From IMG/VR virus record IMGVR_UViG_2713896897_000016, positions 1 through 29,363 of that record: DNA of 29,363 nt. One strand, given 5' to 3'. The DNA is from a virus (lineage: Duplodnaviria > Heunggongvirae > Uroviricota > Caudoviricetes). Below the pieces are notes generated by a model. It saw only the letters and a program-made list of their open reading frames with translations, searched no databases and was not told the origin of the DNA. A program made the position numbers and the translations under genes. Every line of letters starts with the position of its first letter. The first letter of the stretch is position 1. Positions 17,297 through 24,312 of the stretch are shown piece by piece.

Positions 17297-17605
17297 TCAA
17301 TTTGAAACACTACCCGCCTGTTGCGCTGAGAGTAGTTGCTCCAGTTCGCGGTGCGCCTCCGCCAGCTCAATAGCGTGATAGCAGCCGCGACTGCCGTCAC
17401 TGTCTAATAGTCTATTTACAGCGGTGATCCAGCTATCTGGAGCCGCCGGATCTGGCGAGCCGTACATTGCCGCCAGCGCGATACGGGCCATCTTTACGAT
17501 TTCACCCGTCTTTATTGATGAAAACACCTCTTCATAGTCACAAGGTTCAAGACCAGCGGCATGAATAATTTCTGCAAGGCGCTCTTTTGTGATTGGAGTT
17601 GTCAT
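17297..17605 (-). CDS. Hypothetical early protein (102 aa)
   Basis: The ORF is coupled to its neighbours (ATGA-type overlap at 17602-17605). No family recognised. Confidence 0.55.
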   Translation of the reverse strand: MTTPITKERLAEIIHAAGLEPCDYEEVFSSIKTGEIVKMARIALAAMYGSPDPAAPDSWITAVNRLLDSDGSRGCYHAIELAEAHRELEQLLSAQQAGSVSN

Positions 17606-17874
17606 TTAGTTACCTGCTGACGGTTAGAGCGGCACATCAGTGCCAAAAAATTCATCTCGCAAATCAGTGCTACACGCATTTCCGCAGTAAAGCGGCAGCC
17701 GAGTTTATTTGACCTGCCGACTGACCGACGACGCTTGCGCGTTAGCTTGCGTACGTGCGCCGCATTAACCTCAGCCTGTCGATGTTTTGCCGCATAAACA
17801 CCTTTTGCTGGTATTTTCCGGTGCTGATTCTGGTACGCGGTTAACAGGTCATGTACATCTGTTGATTTAGCCAT
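17602..17874 (-). CDS. Hypothetical basic early protein (90 aa)
   Basis: The ORF abuts the upstream stop. It has an Arg/Lys-rich centre (RKLTRKRRRSVGR). Confidence 0.5.
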   Translation of the reverse strand: MAKSTDVHDLLTAYQNQHRKIPAKGVYAAKHRQAEVNAAHVRKLTRKRRRSVGRSNKLGCRFTAEMRVALICEMNFLALMCRSNRQQVTK

Positions 17875-18411
17875 CTATTCCCCCTCCACGGCTACGCCAG
17901 CGGCGCGAAGTGCGTCTATGCAGGCATCAAGCCCCTGATTAAAACCAATAGTCTCGTAATATTCCTTTGTGTGCATGTCAGGGGAATTGCGATATTCAGG
18001 CAGCGTAACGGTCACGACGCGAGACTCTAAATATTCGATATATTCCCGTAATACGTCGGCGCGGTGTTTTCCCAGCGGCAGGATTGATTTAAACCGCGTT
18101 GTGTCTGCCTGCACCCAGTCAGTTTTTTCTTGCCAGTCAATATACGCAGTGTGATAGCTATTTAATTCTGATACCCGGTTGCGCAATTTATCGCGAGAAT
18201 CAGCAATTTTTTTAGCGTATTTAGCTGATGCGGCGTTCATGCCCTCCAGCACTGTTACGCGGCGTTTCGTTGTTTCCAGTTCATCCACCAGCGCGATCAC
18301 CGCTTCTGGTGTTGCTAAATCCTGCCAGTTGTCTGACGTGTCGCAAGCCTGCCGGCACATAATTTCTTCTTCTGCCGCCGCGCGTAGTGCCTGATAATCA
18401 ATTTTGCTCAT
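17875..18411 (-). CDS. Ead/Ea22-like protein
   Basis: The N-terminus MSKIDYQALRAAAEE...WQDLATPEAVIALVDELE and a coiled-coil centre are typical of Ead/Ea22-like prophage proteins as I recall them. Confidence 0.55.
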   Translation of the reverse strand: MSKIDYQALRAAAEEEIMCRQACDTSDNWQDLATPEAVIALVDELETTKRRVTVLEGMNAASAKYAKKIADSRDKLRNRVSELNSYHTAYIDWQEKTDWVQADTTRFKSILPLGKHRADVLREYIEYLESRVVTVTLPEYRNSPDMHTKEYYETIGFNQGLDACIDALRAAGVAVEGE

Positions 18412-19109
18412 TGCGCCGTTTCCTGAATACGTTTGAATTCAATTACCCACACCCACGAGCTAGCCTGCCAACTGTCGTTGCCGTAGATGGACTTCCACAA
18501 GCTACGGAAACCGGGGTAATGCTTATCACCAATGAGGGTGCATTCCGTTGGTGCGCCCTCTGCTTTTGCATCGCATTCGCTGATATCGTTTAACCGCTCA
18601 ACTCGCACGTCGGTAATCTCCAGCAAAATACGGCTGGCCCAGCGTGGCATGTGAATTGATGGGCGCCAGGCACCTTCGAACTTTTCATTCTCAGTGTACG
18701 GCTTCCAGTCGGCATCATCAGGGATTGACCACAGGCCGTAATCACCTGGCTTTTGCTCGCAACTTGCACGGTAAATACGAGCTGCGCTTTTCTTGTCGCC
18801 CTTACACAGGTTGTCATTCCAATCAACACAACAGCCGTCTTCATTACCAAGCGTCGCCCACGTTTCGCGCACCCAAATGCGATCGCCGATTGAACCATGT
18901 GGACAAGCTGGAAGGGCTGCATATGGTTGGGTACCTGTTGGCAACCACCAATCATGGGTGTGCCCAGCGCATCGTGGGTTTTGCGCGGGTTTAACGCCCC
19001 AACACACCCCCTCGCGCTGATTCTTGATGATTCTCCGCGTCTGCGTCTTCCGCCCATCGAGAATGGCGCGCACCATTTCGCTGTTAAAAATCATTCCGCG
19101 CTCTTTCAT
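18408..19109 (-). CDS. ASCH-like domain protein (233 aa)
   Basis: MIFNSEMVRAILDGRKTQTRR is the conserved N-terminus of a common prophage ASCH/PUA-like family. ATGA coupling at both ends. Confidence 0.5.
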   Translation of the reverse strand: MKERGMIFNSEMVRAILDGRKTQTRRIIKNQREGVCWGVKPAQNPRCAGHTHDWWLPTGTQPYAALPACPHGSIGDRIWVRETWATLGNEDGCCVDWNDNLCKGDKKSAARIYRASCEQKPGDYGLWSIPDDADWKPYTENEKFEGAWRPSIHMPRWASRILLEITDVRVERLNDISECDAKAEGAPTECTLIGDKHYPGFRSLWKSIYGNDSWQASSWVWVIEFKRIQETAQ

Positions 19110-19501
19110 TCTGCTTTCCCCTCGCGCAGCTGCTCAGAAAGCTCTTTGCCGCAATAAATAGCGCCTGCGATTACCGGAATTTCATCACCGACAAAATCTC
19201 CATCATCAAGAAATTGCTGAAGACGGTCAGTTAATTTCTCAACACCCCGCGCCTCGGCTACGCGCAGGATTCTGTCTGTTGTGGGTGTCTGCACGGACTC
19301 GCGAAGAATTTCGTATGCCGCCATCATCGCTCTCTCAGGAACTTCATCATCGGCGTAGAAAGCATCAAGCGCAGTCATCATCACGCTCAGAGAGGGCTTC
19401 GAGAATTTCAGCGCTTCATTTTCTGAAGCCACTGAGTTTAATCGGGCTATTAACTGGCCTACCCACCACTGCAAATCGACGCCATCAGGACAGTTCGTCA
19501 C
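19106..19501 (-). CDS. Hypothetical early protein (131 aa)
   Basis: Coding-looking ORF on the operon strand. No family recognised. Confidence 0.55.
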   Translation of the reverse strand: MTNCPDGVDLQWWVGQLIARLNSVASENEALKFSKPSLSVMMTALDAFYADDEVPERAMMAAYEILRESVQTPTTDRILRVAEARGVEKLTDRLQQFLDDGDFVGDEIPVIAGAIYCGKELSEQLREGKAE

Positions 19502-19551
19502 TTCACGCTCTTTCTCAATCGTTTAGTGTGCAGCTGTTAGTTCACTCATGA

Positions 19552-19632
19552 TTACCCTCTCAACGCCCACGCTATAGCAAGCGCCACACCTATGGTCATA
19601 AATGCCCTCGCCCATGAAATATCGTTTCTCAT
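19552..19632 (-). CDS. Possible 26 aa hydrophobic peptide (MRNDISWARAFMTIGVALAIAWALRG)
   Basis: Below the ORF-track cutoff. The ATG at 19632 lies 4 nt after a GGGGG Shine-Dalgarno and 12 nt after the P stop. A single predicted TM helix is flanked by Arg residues. Confidence 0.35.
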   Translation of the reverse strand: MRNDISWARAFMTIGVALAIAWALRG

Positions 19633-19643
19633 AAAACCCCCTG

Positions 19644-20333
19644 TTAAATCAGCCCTGCGGATTTGCGGGCGTTATATTTTTCCAGTAATTCTTGCGCCGG
19701 AGTTTTCCCTCTCGGAGCACAAGGTGCCGCCAGTGCGCGACGAATTGGCGGGATCGGCTTGCCGTCCATTACGCGTTTTTCCCAGTCAACCAGCAGCTTT
19801 CCAGCGAGCGCGGTTAACTCACTTTCGGTCATCTGGCCCTCCGTTCCCCGGCGGCGTAACTCAATACACAGGTGGTACATAACCGGCTGTGTCCACGGGT
19901 ATTGCTCACTCGTTGGATAACGAAAAACCAGCTTTCGCCAGTTCCAGTACTCGGTCATGACGTCAGCGGCGCAGATACCCAGCACGCCTTTCCCTTCACG
20001 GCACCATGCGATGAACTGACCAGGTGAAGGCCAGAAAGGCGACGCACTGGCGCGAGCCTTTGCCATGCCGTTTGATAACTGTTCACGCTGGCTGATGCCT
20101 GCCTCTGCGAACGCGGCGATCCATTGCTGCTTTGCGGTTTTTTCATCGGCAGCGGTTTTTAAATTGGTCTGCGTGGAGGCAGGAAAAACCTGTCTAAGCT
20201 GTCTGAATAGCGCGTCAACAAGGTTTTCAGCTTCGGGATTAATAACCCTTGCCTGATCTGCGTTAGCGCCCGACATGCGCGATAACGCACGCCCATCGCG
20301 GTTTTCAATTGCGCGGTATAATTCGGTTGTCAT
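19644..20333 (-). CDS. Replication protein P (helicase loader)
   Basis: FPAS...QQWIAAFAEAGISQREQLSNGMAKARASASPFWPSPGQFIAWCRE aligns to lambda P FPAS...RQWVLAFRENGITTMEQVNAGMRVARRQNRPFLPSPGQFVAWCRE. Confidence 0.85.
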   Translation of the reverse strand: MTTELYRAIENRDGRALSRMSGANADQARVINPEAENLVDALFRQLRQVFPASTQTNLKTAADEKTAKQQWIAAFAEAGISQREQLSNGMAKARASASPFWPSPGQFIAWCREGKGVLGICAADVMTEYWNWRKLVFRYPTSEQYPWTQPVMYHLCIELRRRGTEGQMTESELTALAGKLLVDWEKRVMDGKPIPPIRRALAAPCAPRGKTPAQELLEKYNARKSAGLI

Positions 20334-21142
20334 ATAAAATCACTCCAGGCCTCAGGGCTGTTCCAGTGCTCTGAATCATCGCCGTGGTTTAAATCTTCGT
20401 GCCGCTGCTTGCGTCCTCTGGCTTCACGCTGTATCGCGAGCGTGTCCCACTTCTCACGCAGTTTTGCAGGAGATAAAATATTCGAGCACCAGAAGGAATC
20501 ACTGGCTGCCCATTTGAATAACTCACAGATTTCACGGTGTGAGCGATTATCCAGCGAACGCATCATGCGGACATCATTTGCCCACGAGGTCATATTTCGG
20601 TTTGTTGCAGACGGCCTGATTGTTTCAATCATGGCGGAAAGCCACTCAGCACAACGCAAATCATCAGCGCTTCCCCACTTTGCCATGGACGGGGTATAAA
20701 TCACCGCGTCAGGATGGGCTGATAAAAATTTCTGTAATTGCTCGTCAGGGGATTCGCCAGAATTCTCTGACGAAGATCTTTTAGTATTTACTTTCTTTTG
20801 TCTTTTGTGTGTCCCTGTTTTGGTGACATTATTAATGCTGTGATGTGAGCCGTTAATATCCCAATCGGCAATATTTTTATTTATACCAATTAACCCACAT
20901 TCACGATCTATAACCTTCATGGATATAAGCTCGTTTTTCGCAGCATTAACTTTTTGCCGCGGCAATCTGGTTATTTCAGCTAACTGCCCATCCGATATTC
21001 GGTCCATTTTTTTATTAAACCCGTATGTTTTGCGGCATACTGCGTGCGCAACTTTGCTTTGAACTTTTGTCAAATCTGCGCCTATCAGTGCCTCATAAAG
21101 ATCATTAGCAATGCGCGTATAACCGTCTTCAATTTCTGCCAC
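20330..21142 (-). CDS. Replication initiator protein O
   Basis: The N-terminal GYTRIANDLYEAL...KTYGFNKKMDRISDGQLAEITRLPRQKVNAAKNELI matches the phage O N-terminal winged-helix domain. ATGA overlap with P. Confidence 0.85.
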   Translation of the reverse strand: MAEIEDGYTRIANDLYEALIGADLTKVQSKVAHAVCRKTYGFNKKMDRISDGQLAEITRLPRQKVNAAKNELISMKVIDRECGLIGINKNIADWDINGSHHSINNVTKTGTHKRQKKVNTKRSSSENSGESPDEQLQKFLSAHPDAVIYTPSMAKWGSADDLRCAEWLSAMIETIRPSATNRNMTSWANDVRMMRSLDNRSHREICELFKWAASDSFWCSNILSPAKLREKWDTLAIQREARGRKQRHEDLNHGDDSEHWNSPEAWSDFI

Positions 21143-21161
21143 GCGAACCGCCTGAAACTGT

Positions 21162-21608
21162 TTAGTGCCCTGCCGGGATCACCGTGTTAAATAACCGATT
21201 GAACGCCTCGCGCGCCTCCTTCCCCTCTTTGCACAGCTCGCGATCAGGCGCGCCCAGGTTGACGGCGTTTAAAAACTCCGTGATCTCCTTGAGAGCCAGA
21301 GCAGATAAATACTGCGGCGCATCAGGCATTGACACGGCAGCACTACGCAGAACAGGCATGGCGCGTAATGCCGGGCCTGTCAGTTCTGCCGCCATAGCGC
21401 TATAGCGTGGGCCGTCACAGTTCTGGAAAATACGGCGCACCCCTTGCCTAGCGTTGTCCTGGTCACTGTCTGGGTCGGGTAGTAAACTGCCGCCTCCCTC
21501 GTAGTGATACTGTGCTGCTATATCCAGGCCGACGGTTTGCCAGCCCTCGCTCGCTGCCCACTGATTAATAGCCGTGGCAACGGCATCAATCGACGGAGTG
21601 ATTTGCAT
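21162..21608 (-). CDS. YdaT-like regulator (CII-position protein of Rac-type immunity regions)
   Basis: SEGWQTVGLDIAAQYHYEGGGSLLP resembles Rac YdaT EKGQAWVANAITEEYLRQGGGELPL. It lies directly downstream of the Cro-like gene. Confidence 0.65.
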   Translation of the reverse strand: MQITPSIDAVATAINQWAASEGWQTVGLDIAAQYHYEGGGSLLPDPDSDQDNARQGVRRIFQNCDGPRYSAMAAELTGPALRAMPVLRSAAVSMPDAPQYLSALALKEITEFLNAVNLGAPDRELCKEGKEAREAFNRLFNTVIPAGH

Positions 21609-21816
21609 TTTTCAGCTCCTCGCGACGATTCTGTTTATGCTGGTCATAGATAACGGGGTCGTAAGTTAGAACTCCGCCGGAAGCCTCCTGTAGTCGCATG
21701 GCCCTTGCTTCAGGTACCAACTCTTTCCATTTGTAAAAAGATGGAAGCCTGATGCCCGCAGCCTCCGCTACGCGGGTTTTACTACCAAAAAACTCTAACG
21801 CATCCCTTGTGAACAT
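21586..21816 (-). CDS. Cro/YdaS-like HTH regulator
   Basis: FFGSKTRVAEAAGIRLPSFYKWKE.VPEARAMRLQEASGG is a Cro/YdaS-type HTH. I prefer the ATG at 21816 (AAGGG 7 nt upstream). The alternatives at 21840 and 21876 would overlap an operator-like palindrome. Confidence 0.7.
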   Translation of the reverse strand: MFTRDALEFFGSKTRVAEAAGIRLPSFYKWKELVPEARAMRLQEASGGVLTYDPVIYDQHKQNRREELKNANHSVD

Positions 21817-21832
21817 TATCTTGCCCTTAAAA

Positions 21833-21846
21833 TTAGCCATAACTAA
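21833..21846. promoter_or_regulatory. Operator-like site TTAGCCATAACTAA (12/14 match to the pL palindrome)
   Basis: It lies immediately downstream of a candidate minus-strand -10 in the cI/cro intergenic region. Confidence 0.4.
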
Positions 21847-21847
21847 T

Positions 21848-21876
21848 AAAATACAACCAAATAAAAACTTGATCAA
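21848..21876 (-). promoter_or_regulatory. Candidate pR-like promoter (TTGATC-N17-TATTTT) for the cro-like operon
   Basis: Hexamers and a 17-nt spacer read directly on the minus strand. The -35 lies in the perfect palindrome CTTGATCAAG. Confidence 0.4.
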
Positions 21877-21882
21877 GAGATA

Positions 21883-21896
21883 TTAGTATTAGCTAA
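21883..21896. promoter_or_regulatory. Operator-like site TTAGTATTAGCTAA (11/14 match to the pL palindrome)
   Basis: It ends 2 nt before the repressor ATG at 21899. Confidence 0.35.
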
Positions 21897-21898
21897 CT

Positions 21899-22309
21899 AT
21901 GGATATGAAAAAGTTGACTATCGGCGAACGCATCAGATTCCGCCGCAAAGAGTTGAAATTAACGCAAAAGTCATTAGCTAAGGCCCTTGGGCTGTCTGAT
22001 GTTTCCGTATCGCAGTGGGAAAGAGATGATAGTGAGCCCACGGGGAAGAACCTTTTTGCTTTAGGGAAGGCGCTCCAGTGTTCGGCAACCTGGATTCTCT
22101 ACGGAGATAAAGAACAGACTCCGGGTGTGCCAGTAACTCAGCCGTTAGAGCTTGATGAACAGCAACGAGAGTGGCTTGAATTATTTAATTCATTACCAGA
22201 ATCGGAGCAACTCATACAACTGGAGGCCATGAGAGTAAAAGTCGAAAACTATAATCGACTATTTGATGAACTACTAAAAGCAAGAAAAAGAAACAAAACA
22301 GATAGTTAG
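21899..22309 (+). CDS. CI-like prophage repressor, XRE-family HTH, without a peptidase S24 domain
   Basis: IGERIRFRRKELKLTQKSLAKALGLSDVSVSQWERDDSEP is a classic XRE HTH. The protein is only 136 aa, and its helical C-terminus has no Ala-Gly cleavage site or Ser/Lys dyad region. It is divergent from the cro-like gene. Confidence 0.8.
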   Translation: MDMKKLTIGERIRFRRKELKLTQKSLAKALGLSDVSVSQWERDDSEPTGKNLFALGKALQCSATWILYGDKEQTPGVPVTQPLELDEQQREWLELFNSLPESEQLIQLEAMRVKVENYNRLFDELLKARKRNKTDS

Positions 22310-22352
22310 TGGAAATGGAGTAGTTGGATTTCAAGTAAGAGGGAATAGTATT

Positions 22353-22682
22353 TTGATTATTACGCATGAGAAATTTATCAATTTTTTAACTTCTGTTGGC
22401 GCGGGCGTCCAGTGTCCTGTTTGTAAGTTTGTCGGTTGGGATATAAGCGCCACTTGGGAAATCGATACCAGCGAGAAAAAGGACGATCTTATTATTAATC
22501 ATTTGCCTTACGCGAGACTTCATCGGGATGAAACCACGACAGGGTTCTCAGGCGGCCTCCCCCTTCTAATGACTAGTTGTAACAAATGTGGATACACACG
22601 GCTTCATCATTACAAAATCGTCAGTGCTACCATACAGGAAATGGATGATTTAGGGGCTGATGGGGACACTACCAATGAATAA
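22353..22682 (+). CDS. Zn-ribbon protein (109 aa), unknown function, rexA-position
   Basis: TTG start preceded by AAGAGGGAA. CPVC (res 21-24) and CNKC (res 76-79) form a putative four-Cys zinc ribbon. AT-rich codon usage. Confidence 0.6.
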   Translation: MIITHEKFINFLTSVGAGVQCPVCKFVGWDISATWEIDTSEKKDDLIINHLPYARLHRDETTTGFSGGLPLLMTSCNKCGYTRLHHYKIVSATIQEMDDLGADGDTTNE

Positions 22683-23049
22683 TGTTATATATACTAATAA
22701 CTGGGGGCCATGTTCAGGTCCTAAAAATGGCGGTGACGGAGGTGGCGGTATGTATGAGGTACGCATCGCAAAACTTGAATCAGACGTTGAAAGCATTAAG
22801 AATGATATTTCTGATCTAAAGGCCAATCTACGAACCGCGAGCACCGACCTTTCAGCAATCAGGCGTGATACGGCGGTTATGCTTCAGAAATTCGTTGATA
22901 TAGATGCTCAACTTTCAACAAAGCCAAGCAAGGATAGCCTCGAGGCCAAGGTGACCAGTTCAGCCAACAAACAAATTATCTGGACTATAGGTTCGATTAT
23001 TGCCACGGTCGGTATGGCTACTGGTCTTATTATAAAAATGATGCACTAA
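22675..23049 (+). CDS. Coiled-coil protein with a C-terminal transmembrane anchor (XhlA-like architecture), rexB-position
   Basis: Heptad-like EVRIAKLESDVESIKNDISDLKANL, then the TM segment IIWTIGSIIATVGMATGLII at the C-terminus. The start is ambiguous. ATG 22675 gives an ATGAATAA overlap, ATG 22750 has a strong GGAGG, and ATG 22660 is also possible. Confidence 0.6.
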   Translation: MNNVIYTNNWGPCSGPKNGGDGGGGMYEVRIAKLESDVESIKNDISDLKANLRTASTDLSAIRRDTAVMLQKFVDIDAQLSTKPSKDSLEAKVTSSANKQIIWTIGSIIATVGMATGLIIKMMH

Positions 23050-23066
23050 TCCCTTCATACAATAGC

Positions 23067-23089
23067 ACCGGCGAAAGCCGGTTTTTTTT
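23067..23089 (+). terminator. Rho-independent terminator ending the repressor operon
   Basis: ACCGGC-GAAA-GCCGGT followed by T8, 18 nt after the stop at 23049. Confidence 0.8.
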
Positions 23090-23150
23090 CGCTATAAAAC
23101 AGATACTTGAAAAAAATCGGCAATAAATCACGCCAAAATTAAGTTTTAAC

Positions 23151-23179
23151 TTGATTTTAATTTTAGCTATAGCTAACAT
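23151..23179 (+). promoter_or_regulatory. Candidate pL-like promoter (TTGATT-N17-TAACAT) with an embedded perfect 14-bp palindromic operator TTAGCTATAGCTAA (23163-23176)
   Basis: Hexamers, spacer and palindrome were read directly. It is oriented toward the early-left operon that begins at 23335. Confidence 0.5.
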
Positions 23180-23334
23180 CACATCGTCGAAAGCAGTCAC
23201 CCAGGCAGGATGCCCACGAAGTAGCCGCCAGCGGCATATGAAGAGCTGGATGATGTGACTATCAACAATCACTGCACAGTGATTACTCAGTAAACGTTCC
23301 GTTAGCCGCGACAAGGCCAGATGAGGGATTCGCA

Positions 23335-23736
23335 ATGAGCAACATGACAGTAACCAGGGGAACAGGGTACGACGAGGACAATATCCCGCTTTGTGGTAAG
23401 GGCCTGTTTTATTGGGTTGACGTTAATGGCAGTACCGACATGGACGGTCATCATGAGTTTGGGACCGAAAGAGAGGTCATCGAATTAATTGATGAACTCA
23501 TCCCCGCCCCGCTTTACAACGTTTACCAGCGAGCTGACGGAATGCAGATCGCAGTTAATATCAATGGCACTGCATGTTTTATGCGCCCGTTTAAGCAGGC
23601 CGCATGGCTGCGCACCGGATTTGAAGCTAATCTGGAGTACTACTGGCTCGTTGATAAACAAGTTTCAATCAGCGATACCCCGAATTTAATGGCTCATTTT
23701 GATAACGGGCGATTAGAAGTTGTGGAGGTGTTTTGA
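23335..23736 (+). CDS. Hypothetical early-left protein (133 aa)
   Basis: First ORF after the putative pL. Its stop overlaps the next start (ATGA). Confidence 0.6.
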   Translation: MSNMTVTRGTGYDEDNIPLCGKGLFYWVDVNGSTDMDGHHEFGTEREVIELIDELIPAPLYNVYQRADGMQIAVNINGTACFMRPFKQAAWLRTGFEANLEYYWLVDKQVSISDTPNLMAHFDNGRLEVVEVF

Positions 23737-23942
23737 TGAAACACCAACACTACGGCACTAAATTAGTTGAGCGCGGAGAGGTGAAGCCCGGAACATTATT
23801 ATTGTACAACGGGAAAATTTACACCGCGTCCGCAAATGTCAAAGCCGGTTTGCATATTAATACGCTACTAGAAAAAACGATGATTAAAAGCAACTTAATC
23901 ACAGTTTTTTTAGATGGTGCAGGCGAGCATTTAATTAACTAA
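23733..23942 (+). CDS. Hypothetical protein (69 aa)
   Basis: Translationally coupled small ORF. No family recognised. Confidence 0.5.
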   Translation: MMKHQHYGTKLVERGEVKPGTLLLYNGKIYTASANVKAGLHINTLLEKTMIKSNLITVFLDGAGEHLIN

Positions 23943-24006
23943 TCAGAATTAAATTTATTTATGCCCTAACAGGCAGGGATAACCACATTTAATAGCAGGT
24001 CCGATT

Positions 24007-24303
24007 ATGCCAGCTTACGCTATTTATGACGCTATTGAACAGCAACGCAATGACGCTGATGTTATTAATGTCATACGCGAAAAGGAAGAAAAAGAATTAT
24101 CAGAATGGTTTTCAGGGGCAATTAAGCCCCGCTTTATCCAGTCTGCTGTATTGACCGCATTAGGCAGCAGAGCAGATGAAAAAGCAGTAAATAACGCATT
24201 TGATGTTTGCAGTATTGAAGAACTGGTCGCGGAATTTACACAGCAATTGAGTGATGAGATAGCGCGCCAGCAACAGAAAATTAACGACAGTTTCAGAAAT
24301 TAA
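24007..24303 (+). CDS. Hypothetical protein (98 aa)
   Basis: Acidic helical ORF on the operon strand. No family recognised. Confidence 0.55.
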   Translation: MPAYAIYDAIEQQRNDADVINVIREKEEKELSEWFSGAIKPRFIQSAVLTALGSRADEKAVNNAFDVCSIEELVAEFTQQLSDEIARQQQKINDSFRN

Positions 24304-24312
24304 GGACACAAA

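Noticed and set aside
16594-17400. Longest-ORF N-terminal extensions: 16594-17400, 8352-8741, 9983-10720, 8596-10020, 14351-14986, 2249-3475, 27080-27568 and 21586-21876
   Set aside because: The extensions overlap the preceding gene or operator sites and lack an SD. Internal ATGs with an SD or ATGA/TAATG coupling give non-overlapping, better-behaved genes.
18590-19057. 155-aa minus-strand ORF in an alternative frame of 18408-19109
   Set aside because: It lies entirely inside the ASCH-like gene, which has the conserved MIFNSEMVRAILDGRKTQTRR start and ATGA coupling at both ends. The alternative frame is Arg/Cys-rich.
20700-20900. Search for lambda-type ori iterons inside the O gene linker region
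   Set aside because: An AT-rich patch (aatatttttatttatacc) and short cttttgt repeats are present. I could not find three or four copies of an 18-20-bp iteron, so no origin is called.
23267-23284. AATCACTGCACAGTGATT considered as a second LexA box
   Set aside because: The CTG...CAG arms are separated by only 2 nt, not the CTGT-N8-ACAG spacing required for LexA. It is kept only as an unexplained palindrome.
23030-23335. 101-aa minus-strand ORF between the repressor operon and the early-left operon
   Set aside because: It runs antisense across the rho-independent terminator and the putative pL/operator. It is AT-rich with an odd composition (IKIKLKLNF), has no SD and opposes all neighbouring transcription. 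It is likely spurious.
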